From Lingula anatina (Eukaryota > Animalia > Brachiopoda), in contig CM120640.1 of NCBI GenBank assembly GCA_051362555.1, positions 31,329,967 to 31,393,966 on the forward strand: a stretch of DNA of 64,000 nucleotides, read 5' to 3'. Shown here in pieces: positions 1 to 15,300 of this stretch; the first letter of the stretch is position 1; each line of letters starts with the position of its first letter. Under the pieces are notes generated by a model that made no database searches, was not told the DNA's origin, and saw only the letters and a list, made by a program, of their open reading frames with translations. Position numbers and translations under genes: made by a program.

Positions 1-264
1 TTTAATGTCTGTATGTGTACCTTCCATGATGTGTAGTTTTACTACTGGCTTTAAAAGCCCAAATGATAAATGGATTTTGGATATGTGAATAATCAGCAAT
101 TATCTCCAGGCCTGCACATCAAAATTTTGCTTCAAAACATGTCTCTTTACAATAGTCTAATGTCTGTCATTTTTCTGTAATACATAAATAAGTTGAAGTT
201 ACTATCTTAATGTGATTGGAAATTGTATTCTTTTATTAAACTGTATGTTTATCCCTACTTGCAG

Positions 265-435
265 ATGAAACTGGAAACCAAAAAAATCAGGGACTTTGAA
301 GAAAGTCTAATTCACAACTACAAGCTTTATCTCCAGTTCTTGGAAAGAATGTCAACAGGAGTGAATGCCAAACCAACCAAGAAAAAAGCAAAATATATCA
401 AAGAAAAGAATGCCTTTCCACAAGAGGCAGCAAAG
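265..435 (+). CDS. NOC3L: NOC3L exon ([27 protein letters not shown]...)
   Basis: ttgcag acceptor, GTTTGT donor, 57 codons phase 0/0. Confidence 0.9.
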
Positions 436-3257
436 GTTTGTTGTTGTTTTTTTCACAGGAGGCAATGAAGGTTGAATAATGTTAACATGAGTTTGTTAAG
501 ATATTCTTTATGTTGCTGAGGCAGTTGTTCATTTTAATGAATTAATTTAAAATAATGATCTGTGAGCAAGAGAAATAAAAAGATTTATGTACCTCAAACA
601 TGGATTATTGGCATCAGTATTCTAAAATAAACTACACAAAGGAAAATGTTTCTTATGTTTTGCCTCAGTGTAGAACTAGACTTTAAATTTACGTACATAT
701 AGATTTTTGAGAATGTGAAGGTGATTAAGAGTATTTATTTTAACATAAACAAAATACATTGCTTTAGGTGCTACGAGAGCTGTCAGTTCATTGTATGTGT
801 GATTTGCTGGTGACACATCAAAACTTCAACTTTAGAAGCAATCTTGTGACAGTGGTAGTGCCATTCATGAACCACAGGAATGTCAAGGTGAGGCATCAAG
901 GCTGAAAAATATGGCAGACTGCCAGTGCAGCATTAAATTTAGCTAACAAAATTTGCCTACAAATATTGTTTTCTCTTAAAGCTACTTAATTTGAGATTGA
1001 ACAGCAAATTAAAATGAATTTTCTTTTCCATTTCTCAAAACCATTGCTTATCCCGTCCCTGCACTTGGATCAGATGTTTTTTTTTTTTTTTTTAATTTTA
1101 ATTTTTAATTTATTAATATATCATTCTAAATGACTAGCCAGTGCTTTAAATTTCCTGTACATTTCAAAAGGAACTATAGATATGACTTTGGGGAATTTTC
1201 AAACACTTACAGTATGCCTTTAAGCTCAAAATCCTTATGCAGTACATTAAGTAAGTCCCACCTCAAGTGGATTCTCAAATGCTTTCTACTCTCATATGGC
1301 ATCATGCGGTGGCAACAGCCTTGTATTAAAAGTTATTTTAGATGATTTCCAATATTATATAATAGAAGTTTAAAAAGACTTCCTATTAACCGATAAATTT
1401 ATTCTGTTTCTTTGATTTATCTAAATGTGTGCATATCTGCCATATTTGATGTCTAGTTGTTTTGAATAAATTTATTCACTAATTGAATTATTAATTCATT
1501 TACTTATTTGCACATTTCAGCTCTCTGACCATGTTTGTGAATGTGTTGAAAAGATTTTTAAATCAGACAAACTGGGAGAAGTAACACTTGAGGTAAATGT
1601 GACAATGTTTTATCTTTTCCTCACTTCCTCACTTAAAACACGGCTCTTATTAATTAGCACTTACCTCAGATCTATTCAGAGTTGACAATGCATAACAATT
1701 TTATTGACAGTTCTAGCATAAAAAAATCAAAAAGATCAAAATGTCCAAACTTTTCACTTTGATGTAATTTTGATGAATAAAAGAAGTTTTTATTCATGAA
1801 ACAGCCCCTTTAAGACTACCCTTTTTTGATTCCTGATCAAATTATATTGGTTAAATCAAGTGAGCCAAATTAAAACTTGTCTTTGTGTATGAAACAGTGC
1901 CTTGTTTTTACTACAGATACTGAGGCACATCTTGAATATATGATTGTATAAATCCACATGCAGTATGGTAATTCATTCATTTTGTGAACTCATTTTTTCA
2001 TGGCCCTGTGTCCCATTATAGCAACCCTTTGTTTTTTGCATTTTAGATTGTCCAGCACATTAACAGGATGGTTAAGTCAAAGGGAGAACATGTCCAACCT
2101 AAGGTAGGATAGAGAATTCAAAAATGATAAAAAGAAAAACATTATTGATTATTGATTTGTTCATGATAGCTAGGGGCATCATGAAAATTTAAGAACAAAG
2201 CATTTCTTAGTCAAGCGGTCAGTATCTCTAAACTAAATTGTGGAACTATACATGAGTCAAATAAAATAGTTTCCAAAAGGTTTTTGTGATATTAGTGTAA
2301 ATATTTTACTAATCTATTTAGTTTTGTTCAGAATATTCCTCCTATCATCCCAATTGTTATTTTATTAGCATAGATTAAGATCTTACATTTGTGAATTTGA
2401 GGTCTTATAAAACGTAATATTGACCAAAAACATCATCAACAAATTTAATATTGTCCAATGATATAAAAACTGATTTTCTGACCAGTCTGAGAAAAGAAAA
2501 ATTTAGCATTGCAAGAATTCAAAATGCTAAGCGGCATGCAGCCTTTTGAGAGTCCTCTGTGGAACTTGCTGGCTGTAAAAATCAAACTCAAAGCCAGTTC
2601 GCTCTTGCACTTCTCTACTTGGGAATCTACCAAAACTACAGCAACACATCACTAACAAAAATCCAAATAACTGAGTAACTAAATGTTGTCATCAAATCCC
2701 TCCCAAACAAGTCCTTAGGACTAAAACAGCCTTATTTTATACCAATTTGGCAATTAAATTTTAACCAAACTCCAAAATAACATCTTGTTTGAAAGCTCTT
2801 GTTCTAGTTTATTGCATAATTTAATACCTGAATGTCGCTGTCATCCTAGATTATATCTAAAGTTGCAGCATCACTGTTACCCAACACTGTATCCATTTCC
2901 TTAATTGGTTTTAAAAGTCGACAGTGACATCACTGGTCAATATGAGGTTTTGTTGGACCTAAAACTCATGGATTTAAGATCATAATATATGTTGATTACT
3001 AAAACATGAAAGCCAGAAGTCAGATTAAATTACAGTCAGTGCATTTTTTTCATGTTATCAATATCAATATTCTTTGAATTCTTTATTAGGTATTGGAGAC
3101 ATGTCTTTCCCTCAAGATAAAAGAAAGTGATATAATAAATAAAGAAGAAGAAAAAGAAGATAAAAAAATGACTAAAAAACAAAAGATGCAAACTATGTCG
3201 AGGAAAGAGAGAAAGGTAAGATGGTTAGTCACTGTATAAGGAATATCGCACATATAT

Positions 3258-3355
<98 letters not shown>

Positions 3356-6300
3356 CTGATATTTTTGTAATTTATTTAATGCTTAACAACTTGGCAGAAG
3401 TATCATCAGTTGTCTGATATAAGTATCCAAACTACTTGAAGGTGTCTGATATGAACTTGTATCTCATACCTTGCAGGTGCATCAGCCTGGATTTCATGCT
3501 TTGCAGAATATACACATCACCCTTCATGTGCTTAACACGTTCAAAAATTGTATCACAAAGCAGTCTGTTTAATTTCACCAGGAAGCCTCACATGCAGCAA
3601 TACTACACACTCAATAGAGTTCATTTTGATGTTTCATTACAATCAATTTAGTGATTAAAATACTTCAGAAGAAGAATAAAAACATATTCTCCACATAAAT
3701 TACAATACATCACAAAATTGTCTGATCACAAACCATGATTGGGTGATCTTTGTTTGATCTTGACCTCAACCCATTACAATTTGTTCTGCATATACATATG
3801 TATGTATATATATAAAGCAGTGCTTTGGATTTTGTCAGTCCATTTAAACATTCAAAATCACTGATTGGTATTTCTAGTGCTTGCCTAGTGCACTAAATAC
3901 CTTTAATTTTTCAGTGTTTAGAGTTTTTGGATGATCAGATCTATTAATGTTATCATTTTCTTTTCATTATGAAAATACAGAGAAACAAGCAGATGGAAGT
4001 TCTTGAAAAAGAGTTACAGGAAGCTCAGGCCACAGTGGACAAGAAGAAGAGAGCAAGAACAGTGAGTTAAGAAGTTTTTTGTCAGTTTCATACCTGCTTT
4101 AACAAATATAAAGGGGAGATAACCAGTTGGTCAGTCTGTTAGAAGGTCCATTGGTCTGCCTCTCCAGAAATAATAATAATTATAATAATGAATATATGTT
4201 AATAAAGGTGCACCAAATATTTTTGCTGTATGCAGATGACATGGTGTGTTGTGCAGATGTTATTGGTCATCAGCAAAATATTATATAACATAAGCTGGAT
4301 TTGAATTGTCCCAAATGGGGTCTCTAAATAAAATTGTGGACAATACAAGTGTAATTGTATTTGGAAATGGAGGTCCCTTGTGAAAGTGGTATTACAGTGA
4401 CATTAAATCTGTCTGACAGCTTGAAGTGCAGTGGGCCTGGGAGAATATGGGTGATATTCATGACATTCAGCATTTTGTATATGATTTGGTATGTTTAATT
4501 TACTAACTGAAATTATTGGAAATGTCAAACTCCAGAAAGAATTTCTTATAGGAGTCTCATAGATCAACTTTAGAAACTAAAGTAAAATGTTATTATTTAG
4601 TCTTGGTGCCTGACATTTGTGGTTAAATTGGGGTTTTGGAGTCTAGTCTTTCATATTCTCAGACAAAGGCTTATAGTAACTGCAGACAACAGTGACTTGT
4701 CTTAAACAGAAATGAGAACTCACTGTGTATTCAAAACTGCATTTTAACATGATTGGGCTATCCTTGGAGTTGGGTTGGCTTATTTTCATTTCTTCACATG
4801 GTAATCTCTGCGATCTCCTAGACCATTAGAGTGAGGAACGTGAAACCTTGAGGTTCAAAAAGGTTTCATTTTGATAGATCCAGATAGTTTACATATGTGT
4901 TGACCATTCCGTCTATTCGCTCTGCCAGACTTGGTCACAACTGAATTACCTCAGTCTTGATGATGACTTGTTAGTCTCTCTCACCTCCCCCCCCCTCCCC
5001 AGGGTGAAGCTATTTTCACATACGAAACTTTAAGGATTGATAGACCTTCTGAATTTTAATGGGCCTGGGGGTAGGGCTGTCCTTGCAGGTGAGGGATGAT
5101 TATAATTTTTCACACTGCTTGAAACTTGAATGGATTGATAGATCTTTAATCATTGATGAACACCTCAGAATTTAGTGAGTGGGGCTCCCCCTGGGGGTGG
5201 ATGATACTATTATCTTACATAAAGTAATTTTTCAGAGATATTTTAAAGCCATACATGGAAGCATATTTCTTCAGATGTTATTATGAAGTTGACTTTCAAT
5301 AGTTTTATGTAGTATCATAGTTATCAAGGAAACAGGGTTTCTAAGGCTAGGCTATTCTTTAAAATGTGGGGAAGTGAGGGGATATGCCATGGCAGCCCAT
5401 TTACACCATCTGGTTTTTTAAATGAACTCATATAGCTCTTGTGTGTTCATTTTTCTAAGTGTTCATGTCTGGTCATAACTTTATAGAAGTATTTAAATAT
5501 TTAATATTTTTATAAATTTTGATTAAAATGCAATATTATGGTATGATTGATATATTTTATATTTTAAGTTGTTTTGCATTGCACTTGGTTTATTTATAAA
5601 ATGTTTCCTTTTGTAGTTCACAGACATTGTTCAGACATTGTTTTTAGTCTACTTCCGTATTTTGAAGACAGCAAGAAATTCAGTGCTACTGTCCTCGGTG
5701 TTAGAAGGCCTAGCCAAGTAAGTATAACCAAACATATTTTCAAAGCCACACCTGTGTCTAATAGAGACTTATCTCTGATTCTGTTGCAGAGATTCTTTAT
5801 TATTTTTATATACAGAAAGTAAGTTTGTATAATTGCTTATTACTCTGTTGATCTGCCATACTTTTATCTTATTTGCAATGTTATTGTTCAGTGTCTTCTC
5901 TAGCACAATTGGTCTAATTTTGATGAATTCCAAAAAAACATTCCCTTTAATCTAATCAATTGGGCTATGAAAAAATTATATTATTACATCCTAAAATTGA
6001 ATCAAAAGTTTATTTTGTCTTGTAAAAGACAATGGTCTTTAAGTAGTTATCACATGTATAGGGATATTTTGAAACCAAGTGATGTTAATGTGTATGTATG
6101 TATGTGTTTGTGTACAGTCATGTAGTCACTATAACTCTTCAATAAATCTTTGAATTTCTTTAAAGCCGAGTTCAAAAATCAACATGATGGGATTAATAAA
6201 CCATATTTGGACAGGCATAGCATACAGGTGGGATGTGGCTAACAGTTCAAAGATCTTGAAGTAGTCAACATAAAATCTTTGATGTAGGTGATAATATTAT

Positions 6301-9300
6301 ATCATATTTTATTTTTTATTGCAGATATGCCCACTTGATAAATGTGGAGTTCTTCAGTGATTTATTTAATGTCCTTAATGCATTGGTGGAATCGGAGGTA
6401 ATTTTAATCATTTGTTGTTGTTCTTTTCCTTATGTTAAGTTGTTTTCCAATTCATTGTTATATTCTTTAATAGCAGGAATAGATTTTACTTTTATGAATT
6501 GCCCTTTATTAACATAGGCTTATGTGTGTCACTGTCATGTACGTTCCTTGACACTGGTTAAAAAATGTAAGTAGAAAAAAAGATGTCTGTACACATTCTC
6601 TTGCAGAGTTAGAGTGTTTGTCCTTACTGTAACAATGGTACTTAATCATTGATTTACTAGGAACTTGGCCGAAGAGAATCACTCCTCTGTATCCAGACTG
6701 CCTTCACTATCCTCTCTGGGCAAGGATCAGCCCTGAATATTGACCCTCTCAATTTTTACAGGCACCTCTACAAAACACTGCTCAGTATCAATGCTGGTAA
6801 GAAAATAAAACATTAAAATCAGTAGTTCCATTTTGTAAAACTTATGAGTGTTCAGACATTTCATCATAAAAGTTTTTTTAAATTTTGATAATTCTTTTTT
6901 TAAATGTTACCAGTTTGTTCATAAATGATTTTGGATGTGTAATACCATAACTCATTAACAAACTGATGCATCTTGTACACTGGGAAAGGCATTGTAATGA
7001 ATGTGGTTCCCAGTATTTCATGATATCTGTAACAGTATTATGATATTTTATTTTAGCACAGACCAATGCTCACATTCCGATTGTTCTTCAGTGTTTGGAT
7101 TCAATGATGATAAAGAGGAAAAAGCAGGTAAGTAAGCAACAATATGAAACTCTTTAATGCTAAAAACCATAATACGGGCAGCCTTAGGCAGGTCACTGAG
7201 GTTCTATTCTAAGAGATTTTTAGTTTAGACTGATATATGGATTTTCTGTATGAATCATTTTGGGACTGAGAAGCTTGTAGAGAAATGCAAGTATGATCAG
7301 TTAAATGTTGTACTTAAAGTTATCTTAGTGGCTTTATCTGGTAAAAAGCAACATGATGGGATTATTTTTACATAAGAATTTTTTCTGTTCTCCCCCCAAG
7401 CGTCAAACCATATTTTTGTTTCACTAGTGTTAAATGAACTGGATTTGTCATAGAACCAAAAGAGTTTAGAAAACTTGAAAAGCATTTACTTCCTTTAAGA
7501 CAGACATGAGATGATTTTTTTATCATTTCACCATATCTTGCCTTTATGTCTTTGAATCTATATTTTTAAAATTTATTTGTTTAATGTATGTGCTGTCTTC
7601 GATTCCAGTTATTAAAAGTTTATCTGCTAAAAGTGTTACAATTTCTGCCAATTCATTTATATGCATCCAGAATACGGAGCTGTATTAGTTGTACCTTGCT
7701 CACTAAGCCATGAGTCTTCCTCAGGACTCTTCCAAAAACTTAATCTGAGTTTCAATGCATAACACAGATTTTTGAAAAAAGAAAAGAGTAAATCTTATAA
7801 AGCCTGCTGCAGCTATCAAACACATTCCCATACATTCTAATGCATGAACATTTTTTCGAGCAATTCTTTAATTTCCATGTACACATTGCAGGGCATACTG
7901 ATAACTAAAACTTGGGTATAAGACTCATAGAGCTTTCTTAAGGACAGATTCAATACATTCAGGTTGTTCTGAGGTCAACCTTGGTCCTCATACAGGACAT
8001 GCATTCTCTAGTTAGATCTTAACATATTAATATGTGTGTGTGTGTGTAGTTTTGCTATTTTACAACTGTAAGTCTAAGGTAAAATTAAGATGGGTATGTT
8101 CCAGAACTGAAGATGAATGTTCACCCCTCGATATCCTTTCAGTGGATGAGATATGCGTGTGGACTGTGGCTTGAGATCAAATCTCACTCTCCAATAGATG
8201 TCCTTGCAATCCACACAGGATTTGATATAAGTCTAGATAATGTGAACATTCTACATTAAGGCAATTGAAATTTTTAAAATGATACTTACCTACAGATATC
8301 TAGAAAAATCTAAGTAATTATTTGAATCATTTGTTGTATTAAAAAATGAGAGAGAGCAATGATGAAGTACATATCATCTTTGCATTTGCCAAATAGATTC
8401 CTTTTTTAGTATTCTGTTTATTACTTGGGGTAAAAGTTTTGATGGGAATGGTTGCACATGGAGGGATCTATAGCTGGCAAATGGCTTATTCATTTTAATA
8501 AATTGGACCATTACTTGAGATTGCGGACAATGCAGTGCAGAGACCTAGGTACTCAATGCTTCTCATGGTTAACATTCCAAGCTCAACTTCAGCTGGATAT
8601 CGCATTCATTCTGACAAACCAGCTCTTAATTTATATATCTAATACCAAGAATTTGGCCTAGTCCATGAGCTAACCATACAGATTTCAATTTTCACTGCTG
8701 AGATGGATGTTGTAATTGTGATGTCAGCTTTAAAGCACTGAACATTGAATGTGTTTTATTGGTTGGCATACCTACAGCAACTTGGAGTGCTAATGAAGCT
8801 TTATGTACTAGGAAGTTTGGATCTGTGCCACGAGTTCCATATGGCTTTCTTTCAGAAACATTAGATCACTTCCAGTAGAATGATGAAATTAAGGATTTGA
8901 CCCAAAATTGGTGGCAATGATTTTTAGTTCCTTAAGTTGCAAAAAATATATATATATAAATACAGAAATTATACAGTCCAGTCATTCAGCACTAAACTAT
9001 TTTCTTCAACGTGTATTTAAGTATGAATTATATCCATATTTCATATTCTGCTTAAATGGATCAAGTTTTCATATTCTCCCATACAGTAGTGAATACTCCT
9101 TCTGCCACAATGAGGGGGTATTCATATGTCATTCCGCAGTGACGCTTGTAGGTGGTCATTGGAATTGTACAGCTTTATTATTTGTTAAACCAGAATTCCC
9201 TAGTGTCCTTCCACAAAAAAATGTGACTTAAATCTTCATTTTTTAGTGAAATGACCCCCTAATGACTCATGCATCAGCATCAGCAGTGACAGGATGTTGT

Positions 9301-12300
9301 CTGCCAATTCACAAAATACAGGAAACATATGAGAGTGTTGCATGAGAAAAGTATTTACTTTCCTGTTGCTAAGGAAGCTAATAGTATGAACATATCGATT
9401 TGGAGTCATGTTATAACATCCCTCTTTAATACACACCTACTCAGAGAATGTCATCTTGTGTTTTACAGTTAAGGAGGGAATGTAGGTTTGAGATTTTCTC
9501 TTAAAATAAAGGTCTTGGCTTTTTTATTCCTGTCACATTCATTTAACGTATCTTCAAAATATCTAATTATGCTTGGAACACAGCTTTAACATCATCGTGT
9601 GACGTAATATTGGGATTTTGGGGACAAAAACACAATTTTTATACACCTGATTTTCTCAGGCACCTGGACAGCTATAAACTTGCTTTTGATGTCATTATGA
9701 CACTTGAACAAAGTACTACAGCATGGAGTCAGGGATTTTTCTTCAGACACTTATTGTTGATTTTATCTATAAAAACGTGAAATTACATCAAACTATTAGG
9801 GAATTTTCACTTTCAAAGTCTATAAATTAGAAAAGAGAGGATCAATCAAAATTTCTTAAAAAGCACTTTTAGAGCATACTGTTCATAATTAGCATGGTGA
9901 ATTTGGTCTCCCTCAGGTGTACAGGTAGATAGTTAAAGCTTGTTAAGAAAACGCTATCTCGTCAATATTGAAAGCAAAGAAAACGAGCAAAAACCCTTTC
10001 AGTGAAGGTAATTGTCCATATAAGCAAATAAAATTGTTGACAGCTTTACCTGTTATCGTTCTGACGATCGCGAAGATGGGTACTCTTTTGCCGGTTGAAA
10101 TTAGCTTGTTTGCATGTATTTGGATGTCAGAAAATCTTATTTTTGTATCAATCTCACCTCCTGTTAGTAACTTCAAGGGGTTACCGCTAGCACTGCCAGA
10201 ATGATTGACAGGCAATCAAGTAAGCCCTAATGACCCAAGCAATCAGTGGCCACGTCAATTGCCGTCGGGGCAAGTGTTAGGGATGCGCTCTAGGATGTGC
10301 ACACAATAGCAGCATCGCATGCGGTCTTGTCCACATTCGCCAAGCGAAAAATGGTTCGAAAACACGGTCGTGTTACAGGACGCCGATCGGACCACCAACA
10401 ACAAGAAATAGATGCAACCAGAAAGGCTTTGTTAGAGGAAATGTCTAAAGTTGGGTGAGTCAGGAAAAATTCTGCGATAATTGTTGAAGAAAAAAAAACA
10501 CTATGTCGGCCTTTAAAGTGCGTACATGAATCCAGAACTGTACCTAGAATTGATGCTAAGGCTAATTCTCCAGCTCATAATTCGGAAAAATCAAAATGTT
10601 TATAATAAGCTCTTTCGTGACCTCAGCCTGATATAGTTCGCGCGGAGTCTAGCGATATCATTAGATTTATTTGCTTTACTTTCTTTAATGCACATGTATT
10701 GAACCTATGCGCCACCCAGTGAATAATTATGCTAGGGTGTGGGCTCAAGTCTTGTATTTACGCAAAACAATCTTGTGTGTTATTCCAGTATATTCCATAC
10801 AGGTGACTTTAATAAGCAGAGAATTTCTTTATATTCCGTGAAAAATACACTAAATTTATATAAAATAATATCATGGTTGGCCAAAAAAATGTACGCACAG
10901 TGCATCCGTGCGTATGCCTAGTTACCCCCATGTATATTTTTAAAATCTAACACTAAACTGCATCGACCTGTTGGCGAAAATGGATAGAAAGAATGACGAT
11001 TGTTGTCACGGGTAGCAAGCAACGGAATTTTCTTCTTTTCTTTTGCGTATCTCAAAAAGTTAACAAGAAAATCGAAAAAACGCGTGTAACAACAAGCAAT
11101 ATTCAAGGGAGAACGAGTATTTCGAGCAAATCCAATGTGTCGGAAAAGATTCATCTTAGCGCTGATCACAATCAAGAGAGACTATCAAAACAGCTTAAGC
11201 GGAACAATAGGCACTGCTTTGCCGATCGCTGTTTATGACAAAGGGGGCATGGCGCATCCCTGTTCTATTGTTTCCCTAGACGTGCTGATGCTGCTAAGGT
11301 CCGCCTACCGAGTTTACCCATGCCAACGGCCCTTGACAACGAAGGCGGGGCATATACCAGGCCACCGCTGTCGATGTGTGCAGCATCAGAATAATCAGAA
11401 AAAACAAATTTTTTGTTCAAAATGTAAAAATTTTATTCTGTTTAACGTTAAATACACGTTTAACCAATAATTAGACATAAAAAAACAAAAATGGCTATTT
11501 TTAGTTATATTTGGGTACATCCGCTCCTTAAGTCTTATATTATCTGATGATGTAAAAAGATGTCTGTGGAAAGTGGTGCTTAAGAAATTGGTGTTTCAAG
11601 TACAAATACAGATAGTTCTCTATGTAGTATATTGAAGTTTTAAAAAAGTGTGCCATGTCATCAAATCTATAAATGAGCTTTATTTTATGAATTTTGATAA
11701 CAGATATTTCCACAACTGTTATGTCAGCTTATTCATCGTCTCACAATTACTTTGCTGTTTTTACAAGTAGCACACAAGGGTAATTTCATATTTACAAAGT
11801 TTTTGAACAGTAGAATTTTAAAAGAAATAAAAAGTTTTACGAAAGGTGATACATATTTATTTATATTTCATAAGATCAATATATGTTTATCTATAACAAC
11901 AATTACTTATGGCACTATAAGTGTGTAATTGATAGCATTTTAACCTTTAGTATTAGCACCTGGCATGACAGGGCTCTGTTCAAGGGAAAGGAAAGAACTC
12001 TATGATGGTATCAATACCTCTTCTTTAGATCTCCTCCAACTGGATGGTATCATAAAAGACAGAATGGAAAAAACAATGAAACAGAATTTAGGGGATCCCA
12101 CCCATCCAGCTAATTCTTTTGTTATGATTTTAACCAAGCAAAGCAAGACTTATCTCTTTTAAAGATATTAAATGATTTTAGGTAATTTTTATCCCTGTGC
12201 AACATAAAATTTTTATTCTCTCATAAACACTTCATTATGTTCAGTTGTTTACTGTAGAACAGATAGCTCTCAAGAGAAAAAAATGTTTCTGATTCTTATA

Positions 12301-15300
12301 TCTTTATAAATTTATTGGTTAAATAAATTCCTATCTTTGATTAACTAATGGACAGCCAATATATGTAATGTGCATTTCAGAGGGGCATGTAAAGATCTCT
12401 GGTTATTTATAATCATCATAAAGTATCTGGTATTTTTAGGTGATAGCATAGATTCATTATCTGTTTTAAATTGAAGCTATTATATTTATATTGGCCAGGA
12501 CATCTGAGAATGATGATTATTATTGATTAGCTTATTACCCTGTGAAAATGTGGCACTTGTCTCAAGAAATGACTTTATTGGAATTTCAATTTGTTTGCTT
12601 AGAGAAGTTGGTCAGTCAATGTATTAGTCATAGAGGACTTTGTTTAATTCAAAAACTGTCTGATCTGAGAGGCTTCCAAATGAGAAAATTCATCTAGATA
12701 GATAGATAGACAGACAGATAGAATGATTGATAGATTTTCATAAGGATCATGTCAGATAGATAGATTTATATAAGGATCATGTTTGTTATTTATATGTGAA
12801 AATTTCCTTTAAGCTTGAAAATGTATTTATATTTAAGGCTGATATTTTTGCAAATAACTCCACCCCCTTCATTAATTTACATAGCAAATTTCTGAACCAT
12901 TGGGCACAAATGTCTTGGGTTAGTAAGATGGGAGCATTATCAATCCTGGCACATTTTATATACAGACACTGTGTGGGCTGTATATATTCTGATCACAATG
13001 TCTGTCTTTGTCATTGCTGTCTGAAAATCATTCCTTGGATAGTATTTTTTGGTTTAAAAAATATTCCTCTTGAAAATTAACTTGATAAAATTATTTTTAC
13101 AAAAGTTATTGATATTTTTTCTGTGTGTGTGCTTATAACACTTTTCAAGATGTTTGTCCCAAAAGTTCCTGTCAGTATTTTTTGTTTAACTTTAAATTTA
13201 TTAAGTGGCTTTGTATTCTAATGAGGCAGGTTCATTTAGAAAAGTAGCTTTGTGAGTTTATGTAGTTTTTTATGCATTTTGAAGACCTTCTTGGTGTATG
13301 GCTGCCTGTGCACCATGCCAGTGCACCATTACTGAAAGTATCTATCCCTGTTTCTGAATTTCCATGGCATAGTGTCAAAAGCCTTTTCAAAGTCTAAGAG
13401 CACTAACATCCCAGGAATATCATTGTCATCTATGTATTGCATGATACAGTATGAATACTTTTTTATTTCCCAGATATAAAACCACATTAATTGTTTGAAT
13501 TAAGCTTACATAAAAAATTGGTAATTCTAGATGCTGTAACTCCAGAGGAGATTTAATAAGTAAAATTCAATAAAGAACCTGGTATTTAGTTGACTGTTTG
13601 CGGGCACCTAGCTATGGCAGTGAATTAATTCATTGTATGGGCAGCATATTGTATGATCAAATGAAACTGGACTGTATATTTTGTATCTACATATTACTCT
13701 TATTTATCAAATGTTATGAAGAAGGATTGTAGGATACCTTTAAATCTGTGCATTTTAAAAAACTTTTTAAAAATTCATAGTTTTTTTTTTTTTTTTTTTT
13801 TTTTCATTTTCTGTATACATAGTTTGTTTCAAGCTTCCCTGGTAGATAGTGGGCAGGCTTTAGTTCCTTATTCAGTGACCTTGGGGATTTTTTTTACATC
13901 CCGTAGAGAGTTTGTCTGGCAACATTGTGTGTGAACATAACAAAGGAGAGAAACTGGGTTAACATTCCACATGTGCCATTTGATGCACATAAATAGACTC
14001 AACTATATACAAAGCTGGTATTTTAATCAATCTGGTACTGACATAACTAAAACATAACATTAGTGTTTCCATGAAAAGCACCTGTGCATCTATATTATGA
14101 TGATATATTGTAGTGAGATGTGAAATTGGGTAATATAGAGGAACCCCTTTGAAGGCCAGCTAGTATTCTTTTTAATCAAAGTGATACGTGGAGTTGTACA
14201 TGTATATGTGTGTGTGTTAGAAACCTTGCAAAAAAAATTATATGACTTTAGAGGTGATAGCGTATATGTTATGTGGTACTTTATCACCTTAATTTTTTTT
14301 ATTATTTAATGAAAAAATATGGGAATTTGTCACTGGTAGGTTGACATTTTTTGGTTTTAAGATAACTGAAATTCTATTGATATGTGACACTTCTGAGAGC
14401 CTTGATAAAAAATAATTTTCTTCCCAGATTATCCAAGCTTTTGAATGGCAATGAGAGCTCACATATGACTTCCTGTTATCGTTCAGTATTAACCAGTAGT
14501 CAGTACCTGGCACCATTCCTGAGGTACAAGCCATTTACATCTCATATACTGATATTTGATCTTTCTGGATCACCCAAGGTCAATACCATTTAAAGGCCAT
14601 ATATGATTTCCAATTAGCATTCAGTAGTAATATGGTTTCTATACTGGGACTATATAGTAAGGAAATGTGACCGTTTGGAATCGAGATTGTGACAAGTCAA
14701 GATTTGCATTTATTTATTTGTTTGCTTATTATTTCAAATCCTTGTATGTGGGCATGGGGCAGGATCATCACAAAAATCTTGCAGTGCTGAGCTATTTCAG
14801 ATTACTGTCTGTCCTCAAAATTTTAACAAAATTTGTGAAGAACATTTTGAGATATTTTGTATACAAACAAACAAACAAACAAACTGAACAACACGTTGTC
14901 CCCCCCCCCCCCAAAAAAAAAAAAAAGAAAGTTTTAGAGTGAGAATGTAATAAATTTATGTAACAAGTAACAAATAGACTTTCAACAGTATTTGTTGTTA
15001 TTACTTCAATATAATACTCTCTTACTTAGGTATTACAATGTATGAATTTAGATTGCTGTAAACCTATATCCATTTTTCTTTTTTAACTGATTCCTCTCCA
15101 CCCTTGTTTCTAGGTGTCTGTGCCAAGGGCTTTGGCATTCATCAAACGCCTCAGCACCCTCACCCTGCAGGTGCTGCATCCTGAAGCCCTGGGCCTCCTA
15201 TCAGCCCTGCGCCAGTTGGTTCATGTAAGTGCTTACAATAACTCTTTTGTTGATTTGTAGAGGCAGCACATGGCAGACCAGTTACTGCTGTGATTGATAC

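Noticed and set aside
7660-8000. Possible CR1/L2 LINE tail on the minus strand
   Set aside because: Only faint motif traces with many frameshifts
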